Source of the DNA: Lachnospiraceae bacterium
GTDB lineage: Bacteria > Bacillota_I > Bacilli_A > RFN20 > CAG-826
Assembly (NCBI GenBank): GCA_963661135.1
Contig: CAVKZO010000002.1
Coordinates: forward strand, 8,614-72,613
Direction: 5' to 3'
DNA length: 64,000 nucleotides
Positions 57,636 through 64,000 of the stretch are shown here, one piece after another. The stretch's first letter is position 1. Every line of letters begins with the position of its first letter. The notes beneath the pieces are model-generated. The model had not been told where the DNA came from. It made no database searches and saw only the letters and a list, made by a program, of their open reading frames with translations. The translations under genes were made by a program, and so were the position numbers.

Positions 57636-57820
57636 AATAAACGATTATTAAAATACAAATGACAAAAGAATATAAATTTACTGTTAAACTCCTCATATTT
57701 ATAAAATAAACTATACAAATCTAACGATAATAAAAATAGATATTGTAATTTTTATTTTAAAATTTTATAATTTTTTAAGTAACTTAATTAATTGCTAAAA
57801 CATTAGCGAAAGGACCTAAA

Positions 57821-59800
57821 ATGAATAAGGAAGAATTAAAACAATATTTCCTAAATCAACTAACAAATGGTGATGCTTATCTAGTAATAGGAAAAGGAAA
57901 AGCAAAATATAAAATGAAGAGAGGTTCTTTTACAACTAAAGATAAAATAGTTGATAGAAGAAAGTTAACCTTCTCATTTAAAGATGATAATCGTTATATA
58001 TTTACAGATGGTAAAGTTCAAGCTGAAATTATCGTAGATGAAGTGCCATATATTAAATTTCATTTTCATGTAGATAATGGATATAATCGTTTTACTTTAA
58101 GATTAAAAACATTTACTGATGAACATATCTATGGTTGTGGTGAACAATATACTGCAGTAGATTTAAAAGGAAAAGATGTACCTATTTGGGTAAGTGAACA
58201 TCAACAAGTAATGAAGATTGCTAAAAAGCAATTAAGAGAAAAATTACATGGTCCAAATCCTGATTATGAAGCTCCTTATAAAGATCATCAAACATATTGT
58301 TCTACGCCTTCTTTTATGTCGAGTAAAGGATATGCGATATATTGTCATGAAGATACTTATGGTTTCTTATCATTTAAAAAAGATGAATTGTTTATCAAAT
58401 TTAGACAAGTCCCTCAATCAATATCGTTATTATGTGCAGACTCTTTATTAGAATTAGCCCAAGAAATATCTAAGTTAGTAGGTGTTCAACCTAAGGTTCC
58501 AGAGTGGGTTAATGATGGTGTTATTTTAGCTATTCAAGGTGGAAGTGAAGTATTACTTAAAAAATATGAAGAAGCTAAAAAAAGAGGCTTAAAAATAGCT
58601 GCTATTTGGTGCCAAGATTGGTGTGGGAATGTTGTTACTAGTTTCGGTTATCAAGTTTATTGGAATTGGGAAGCTGATGAAAAATTATATCCAAATTTAA
58701 AAGAGATTATTAAAAAACTTAATAGTGAAGGTGTTAGATTTTTAGGATATATAAATACATTCTTAAAAGAAGGATGCCCTCAATATGAAGAAGCTAAAAA
58801 GAAAGAATTTTTAATTAGACATAAAAATGGAACTGTATATCATATTAAATCTACTACATTTAATGCAGGGATTGTCGATTTAACTAATCCTACTGCAAGA
58901 AATTGGTATAAAGAAATCATTAAAAAGAACATGATTGAATATGGTTTATCTGGATGGATGGCTGATTTTGGAGAATATCTTCCTACCGATTCTGTGTGTT
59001 ACGGAGGAGAGAGCGAAAAACTTCATAATAGATGGCCTACAATGCGGGCAAAATGTAATTATGATGCTGTTCACGAATTAAATAAAGAAGATGAATGTTT
59101 CTATTTCTCTAGAGCCGCATATGGTCATACTTTCCAATTCACTAATTCTGTTTGGAATGGCGATCAACATGTAGATTATTCAAATGAATATGGTTTAGGT
59201 TCGGTTATTCCTGCTTGCATCTCTTTAGCTTGTTCAGGAGCTGGAGTACTTCATTCAGATATAGGAGGATATACAACAATTTGCGTTTTAACAAGAATGG
59301 TGAGAGATGCAGAATTATTCAATCGTTGGTCCGAGATGAATGTATTCTCTCCAATTTATAGAACTCATGAAGGAAATCAACCTAAAAATAACGTTCAATA
59401 TGATAACGAAAATACATATGATGAATTTGTTCAAAATACAAACTATTTTGTAAAGTTAAAACCATATAGAGAAAAACTTTATAAAGAGTATTATGAAGAA
59501 AATATTCCTATGATAAGGCCATTATTTTTCCATTATGATGAAAAAGAAGCTTACGTTAATAAAAAGGAATATTTATTTGGAAAAGATGTTGTTGTTTCTC
59601 CGGTCTTAAGACCAAAAGAAACTAAACATAAATATTATCTTCCTGAAGGTGAATGGGTGCAATTCTTTACTAATAAAGAAGTTAAATCTGGTGTAGGGGA
59701 AGTTGAATCTCAAATCGGATTACCTATCGCTTTCTATAGAAAAGATAGTGAATTTAAAGATTTATTTGAAAGTTTAAAACAAGAAAATGGAGGAAAATAA
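57821..59800 (+). CDS. yihQ: GH31 glycosidase of the YihQ (sulfoquinovosidase) type
   Basis: HIYGCGEQ, IWCQDW..TSFG..VYWNW, the nucleophile block GWMADFGEYLPTD, KCNYDA, HSDIGGYTT and YRTHEGN. These match blocks I remember from E. coli YihQ rather than generic alpha-glucosidases. Confidence 0.75.
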   Translation: MNKEELKQYFLNQLTNGDAYLVIGKGKAKYKMKRGSFTTKDKIVDRRKLTFSFKDDNRYIFTDGKVQAEIIVDEVPYIKFHFHVDNGYNRFTLRLKTFTDEHIYGCGEQYTAVDLKGKDVPIWVSEHQQVMKIAKKQLREKLHGPNPDYEAPYKDHQTYCSTPSFMSSKGYAIYCHEDTYGFLSFKKDELFIKFRQVPQSISLLCADSLLELAQEISKLVGVQPKVPEWVNDGVILAIQGGSEVLLKKYEEAKKRGLKIAAIWCQDWCGNVVTSFGYQVYWNWEADEKLYPNLKEIIKKLNSEGVRFLGYINTFLKEGCPQYEEAKKKEFLIRHKNGTVYHIKSTTFNAGIVDLTNPTARNWYKEIIKKNMIEYGLSGWMADFGEYLPTDSVCYGGESEKLHNRWPTMRAKCNYDAVHELNKEDECFYFSRAAYGHTFQFTNSVWNGDQHVDYSNEYGLGSVIPACISLACSGAGVLHSDIGGYTTICVLTRMVRDAELFNRWSEMNVFSPIYRTHEGNQPKNNVQYDNENTYDEFVQNTNYFVKLKPYREKLYKEYYEENIPMIRPLFFHYDEKEAYVNKKEYLFGKDVVVSPVLRPKETKHKYYLPEGEWVQFFTNKEVKSGVGEVESQIGLPIAFYRKDSEFKDLFESLKQENGGK

Positions 59801-59803
59801 AAT

Positions 59804-60484
59804 ATGAAATACTTTCTTGATTCAGCAAAAATAAACGAAATTGATTACGCTTATAAAAATTATGGTATCGATGGAGTTACTACTAATCCAAAACACATTA
59901 TGAATAGTGGCAAACCATTTATGCAAGCGATAACAGATATTAAACAATGGTTAGAAGATAACGATTTAATCGGTATGGATAAATTCCCAGTTTCAGTTGA
60001 GATTAATCCACATCTTGATAAAGCAGAAGATATGATTTCTGAAGCTAAAAAGATTTCTAAAATCTGTGAAAACTTCGTCATCAAAATTCCTTGCACAACA
60101 GAAGGTGTTAAAGCTGCATATAAACTTGAACAAGAAGGAATTAGAACTAATGTAACTTTAGTATTTTCTCCTTCTCAAGCAATTCAAGCGGGAAGAATTA
60201 AAGCTAAATATGTTTCACCATTTATTGGATGGAAAGAAAATAGTGGTGAAGATACTCATCAATATATGGCTCAACTTGCTAAAATTTATGAAGATAAAGG
60301 TTATGAAACAGAAATTATTGCTGCTGCGATAAGAAACGGAAAACAAATTGCTGAAGCTGCGGAAATGGGGTGTGATATTGTAACTTGTGGATTAGCAGTT
60401 TATGAAGATAGCTTCAATCATCCATTTACGACTTATGGATTAGGTGTATTCACTGATGCTTGGGATCACACAAAAGGAAACTAA
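59804..60484 (+). CDS. Small (FSA/TalC-type) transaldolase; candidate 6-deoxy-6-sulfofructose transaldolase
   Basis: 226 aa with FLDSA..IDGVTTNP, the Schiff-base lysine block FVIKIPCT, TNVTLVFS and YVSPFIG. Placed between the GH31 and reductase genes. Confidence 0.7.
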   Translation: MKYFLDSAKINEIDYAYKNYGIDGVTTNPKHIMNSGKPFMQAITDIKQWLEDNDLIGMDKFPVSVEINPHLDKAEDMISEAKKISKICENFVIKIPCTTEGVKAAYKLEQEGIRTNVTLVFSPSQAIQAGRIKAKYVSPFIGWKENSGEDTHQYMAQLAKIYEDKGYETEIIAAAIRNGKQIAEAAEMGCDIVTCGLAVYEDSFNHPFTTYGLGVFTDAWDHTKGN

Positions 60485-60485
60485 A

Positions 60486-61322
60486 ATGAAAGTAGCTTTT
60501 ATTGGTTTAGGCATCATGGGTTTGCCAATGGCAACCAATGTATCAAAAAAATATGATTTAATTGGATATGATGTATTCAAAAAAGATACACCATTTCCAT
60601 TTGCAAATTCTTATAAAGAATGTGTTGATTTTGCAGATGTTATTATTTCTATGGTTCCAAAAAATGAACATATGTTATCTTTATATTCTTCAATTAAGCC
60701 TTACTTAAGAAAAGGTCAAATATGGATTGATATGTCCACTATTTCTCCTTCTACTAACCAAACTGTCGCTAAAGATTTAGAAGGTAGTGGTGTAGAAATT
60801 TTAGATTGTCCAGTTGTTAAGTCTCAACCTGCTGCAATTAAAGGTGAATTAGGAATATATGTAGGTGGTAATGAAGATATTTATAATAAAATAAAACCAA
60901 TTTTATCATGTATGGGTTCTAATATTATTTATATGGGAAATCACGGTGCTGGTTTGCAAATGAAAATATTACATAATGGATTAGTCGGTGAAATTCAAAA
61001 TGGTGTTAATGAAATTTTAGGAATGGCTAAAAAATTAGGATTAGATCAAAGTCAAGTTGTTGAAGCTTTTGGATATGGTGGAGCATCTTGTTTTTATTTA
61101 GATACTAAAGCTAAAAATATTATTTCTAATAATTATCCAACTGCTTTTTCAGTTGAAAATATGAATAAAGATGTTCATTTTGCTTTAGAGATTGCTGATG
61201 ATATTAATAGTGAGTGTCCTGGCTTAAGAAATGTTGTAAAAATATATGAAAAAGCTATGGAAAGTGGATTAGCTAAAGAAGATTTTTCAGCATCGTATAA
61301 AATTGTTAATGAGGTAAAATAA
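60486..61322 (+). CDS. Beta-hydroxyacid dehydrogenase family reductase; candidate sulfolactaldehyde reductase (YihU-like)
   Basis: MKVAFIGLGIMGLPMA Rossmann start and 3-hydroxyisobutyrate-dehydrogenase-like length. ATG at 60486 behind AAAGGAAA; the track start at 60444 is rejected. Confidence 0.7.
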   Translation: MKVAFIGLGIMGLPMATNVSKKYDLIGYDVFKKDTPFPFANSYKECVDFADVIISMVPKNEHMLSLYSSIKPYLRKGQIWIDMSTISPSTNQTVAKDLEGSGVEILDCPVVKSQPAAIKGELGIYVGGNEDIYNKIKPILSCMGSNIIYMGNHGAGLQMKILHNGLVGEIQNGVNEILGMAKKLGLDQSQVVEAFGYGGASCFYLDTKAKNIISNNYPTAFSVENMNKDVHFALEIADDINSECPGLRNVVKIYEKAMESGLAKEDFSASYKIVNEVK

Positions 61323-61324
61323 AT

Positions 61325-62656
61325 ATGAGAAAACCTATTATTGGTATCGTATGTCTAGTTAGAAAGACATTCGATTATGAAACTGCTTTTAAACTTTACC
61401 AAGAAAGAAGTAAAAAAGTAATGGAAGATGATTCGATCGATTGGATTTATTATCCTGAAATGGTAATTGAACCATCTGAAGCTAAAATTGCAGCTGAATA
61501 TTTTGTTGAAAAACATGTTGATGCTGTAATTGTTGTTTCTGCAACATTCCATTTAGGTGGATTAGCTTTAATACTACATAATATCGTTAAAAAACCATTC
61601 CTTTTACAAGGGTATAACGAATTGCCATACGATGGAGGCAAGATTCGTTTAAATGCTGTTTGTGGCGTTAATTTAAATGCTTCAAATTTATATAAAGGTG
61701 GTGTAGATGATTATGTAGTTTATGTTGGCGATGATATTGATCATGACTGGGTAAAAGCTATAAAGATGAAAACTGCATTAGAAAATTCTAATGTTGGATT
61801 AATCGGATTCCACGCGCAAGGATTTTATAATGTCGGAGTTGATGAACTTCATTTATATAAAGAATTAGGCATCCTTATATCTCATTATGAATTAAGTGAT
61901 TTCTTTGGTGGAGATGCTAAAGAAGAAGAGATTGATAAAGAAGAAAAAGAATTGAGAGCAATATTTGATTGTAAAAAATTAAGTGATAATCAAGTTAGAC
62001 AAGTTTCTAGATTGATTGTAATTGCTGAAAAATTTATGAAAGAAAAAGGACTTGATGTTGTAGCAATCCGTTGTTGGCCAGAATTTGCTAAAAATTATGG
62101 TGTATCACCTTGCGCAATGATGTCGGTATTACAATCTAGAGGAATTTTATTAGCTTGTGAAGGTGATATTGAAGCTGCATTAAGCATGGTGGCAGTTAAA
62201 GCTGCTGGAGAAGCAACTCCATTTATGGCTGATTTATCACAAGTTAATTATGAAGAAAATTATGCGTTATTATGGCATGATGGTGTCGCTCCATGCAATT
62301 TATGGGATCATAGATGCAATCGTTCTTTAGAAACTTATTTTGCTGGAGGAAAAGGTGTCACAGCTGATTTTGTATTAAAACCAGGAAAGATGTCTATTTT
62401 AAGAATTGATACAGCTAGAGCTAAAACTAGAATTTATTATGAAGAAGGTGAAGCTTTTGAAATGAATAAAGATCTTTCAGGAACTTATGCTAAAGTTGTA
62501 TTCAATAGACCTATCAATGAAGTTGTAGATACTGTTACATATACTGGTGTAGCACACCATGTTATCATGGGATATGTTCAATATAAAAAAGCTATGCAAT
62601 ATCTCGCTCGTTTAATGGGTTGGGAGATTTTAGATGAAAATACTAAATGTTACTGA
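61325..62656 (+). CDS. L-fucose/L-arabinose isomerase-like protein; candidate sulfoquinovose isomerase
   Basis: 443 aa. VVAIRCWPEF and LLACEGDIEAAL blocks are typical of the fucose-isomerase-like fold. The function is inferred from context only. Confidence 0.55.
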   Translation: MRKPIIGIVCLVRKTFDYETAFKLYQERSKKVMEDDSIDWIYYPEMVIEPSEAKIAAEYFVEKHVDAVIVVSATFHLGGLALILHNIVKKPFLLQGYNELPYDGGKIRLNAVCGVNLNASNLYKGGVDDYVVYVGDDIDHDWVKAIKMKTALENSNVGLIGFHAQGFYNVGVDELHLYKELGILISHYELSDFFGGDAKEEEIDKEEKELRAIFDCKKLSDNQVRQVSRLIVIAEKFMKEKGLDVVAIRCWPEFAKNYGVSPCAMMSVLQSRGILLACEGDIEAALSMVAVKAAGEATPFMADLSQVNYEENYALLWHDGVAPCNLWDHRCNRSLETYFAGGKGVTADFVLKPGKMSILRIDTARAKTRIYYEEGEAFEMNKDLSGTYAKVVFNRPINEVVDTVTYTGVAHHVIMGYVQYKKAMQYLARLMGWEILDENTKCY

Positions 62657-63248
62657 TAAAGAATTTAAAGATTACGGGTATGTTTTAAATATCGATACTA
62701 AAGATATTGTAGATTATTTAAATAATAAATCTAAAATGCCTTTAGAGAATAATATCTATGTTAGAGATGATATTGATATGCATTCTTTAAATAATATTCA
62801 ACATATCAAAGAATATATCTATGGATTAGGTGATATCGAAGTAGGATATTGTAACGGATTTAATTCCTTACTTAATTGTATGGAATATCATACATGTCCT
62901 GAAGTTGATATCGCTGCTAATGATTTAGTGTTGTTATTAGCAAAACAAGATGATATTCATGATGATATTTTAAATTCTAGAGACGTAAAAGCTTTCTTAG
63001 TTAAAAAAGGTGAAGCAGTAGTTTTAAATCCTTATACATTACATTTTTCACCTTGTAAATTATCTAATGATGGTTTTAGATGTGCTATCATTTTAACTGA
63101 TAAAACAAATAGTGATTTAGAAGGCGAAAGAAGCGATTTAAAGCTTTGGAAAGTAAATAAATGGCTACTTGCTCATAAAGATTCAAAACAAGCGTCTTTA
63201 GGGGCTTATATCGGAATTGAAGGAGAAAACATTAAGGTTGATTATTAA
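62634..63248 (+). CDS. Small cupin-like protein, DUF4867-like
   Basis: 204 aa with GGGAG RBS, overlapping the isomerase gene by 23 nt. A DUF4867 gene is, to my memory, a recurrent unexplained member of sulfo-TAL clusters. Confidence 0.45.
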   Translation: MKILNVTDKEFKDYGYVLNIDTKDIVDYLNNKSKMPLENNIYVRDDIDMHSLNNIQHIKEYIYGLGDIEVGYCNGFNSLLNCMEYHTCPEVDIAANDLVLLLAKQDDIHDDILNSRDVKAFLVKKGEAVVLNPYTLHFSPCKLSNDGFRCAIILTDKTNSDLEGERSDLKLWKVNKWLLAHKDSKQASLGAYIGIEGENIKVDY

Positions 63249-63250
63249 TT

Positions 63251-63967
63251 ATGTTATATGATGCTTTATTTATTTTAATAATATTTTTAAGCAACATTAT
63301 ACAAACTATTACCGGCTTTGCTGGAACAGCGTTAGCGATGCCTCTATCTTTAAAGTTAGAAGGTAGTGAAACTGCCAAGCCGGTTTTAAATTTGGTTGCT
63401 CTTTTAGTTTGCGTTTACGTAGTTATTGTTCATTTTAAAGATATAGATTGGAAGAATTTTTTAATCATTTTAGGAGTTGTAGGCTTAGGATTTGTTACAG
63501 GTTATCTAGTAGATTTAATTCCGATTAATAGCAAAGTCTTATTATATATTTATGGATGTGTTGTCATTTTAGTTAGCATTCTTTTCTTTTATATTGATTT
63601 TGAAAAGATTAAATTACCGAAATGGGTGATGATAATCTTTTTGTTTTTAGGTGGAATAATGCATAAATTATATGTTTCTGGCGGTCCTTTTGTTGTAATT
63701 TATGGATTGAGAGAACTTAAAGATAAAAATAAATTTAGAGCTACTTTATCGTTACTTTGGATTATTTTAAATTCAGTGTTATTTACTACACAAATGGTTC
63801 AAGGATTATTTACGGTACATGTTTGGATTTTAACAGGAATTGGTGCAGCAGTTACGATATTATCACTAGTGATAGGATCTTTAATAGCACCAAAACTATC
63901 AAAAACACTATTTTTGAAAATTACTTGTGTGCTTTTATTCTTTTCAGGTGTTACACTATTTATATGA
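63251..63967 (+). CDS. TauE/SafE-family anion exporter; candidate DHPS/organosulfonate exporter
   Basis: 238 aa with ~8 TM segments. N-terminal IQTITGFAGTALAMP is typical of TauE/SafE. Ends in TGA. Confidence 0.65.
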   Translation: MLYDALFILIIFLSNIIQTITGFAGTALAMPLSLKLEGSETAKPVLNLVALLVCVYVVIVHFKDIDWKNFLIILGVVGLGFVTGYLVDLIPINSKVLLYIYGCVVILVSILFFYIDFEKIKLPKWVMIIFLFLGGIMHKLYVSGGPFVVIYGLRELKDKNKFRATLSLLWIILNSVLFTTQMVQGLFTVHVWILTGIGAAVTILSLVIGSLIAPKLSKTLFLKITCVLLFFSGVTLFI

Positions 63968-64000
63968 TAAATTTGACATCAACACAAAAAAATATTATTA

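Overview
Visibly AT-rich, tightly packed bacterial chromosome segment. The gene order is that of a low-GC Bacillota or wall-less Mollicutes-like organism. The standard genetic code applies: TGA ends several genes, Trp is TGG, and long ORFs such as the 1457-aa PolC are intact under code 11. Bases 1-18851 are a compressed version of two conserved Bacillus-type housekeeping blocks: rplS-rbgA-rnhB-dprA-topA-trmFO-xerC and rpsB-tsf-pyrH-frr-cdsA-dxr-rseP-polC. The genes normally interspersed there (sucCD, hslVU/codY, uppS, proS) are absent. The rest is accessory-like and is punctuated by three tRNAs, two of which are followed by decayed toxin-antitoxin loci. It contains methyltransferases, a CDF transporter, an asymmetric heterodimeric ABC exporter and a PatB-type lyase. 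It also holds a yybP-ykoY-like Mn riboswitch with mntP, and an MFS plus glycerophosphodiesterase pair. A TetR-controlled ABC system with two ATPases and a 781-aa permease follows. Next is an Opp operon whose OppA/C/D/F all carry very large insertions. The window ends with a six-gene cluster matching the sulfoquinovose transaldolase (sulfo-TAL) pathway. The least explained element is a pair of overlapping minus-strand ORFs (871 + 535 aa) with no recognisable domain. They read as one ~1397-aa membrane-anchored surface protein split at a CCC-AGG-C +1 slippery site. I saw no CRISPR array, rRNA, transposase, integrase or recognisable defence system. All calls rest on motif recognition by eye; no database search was run.
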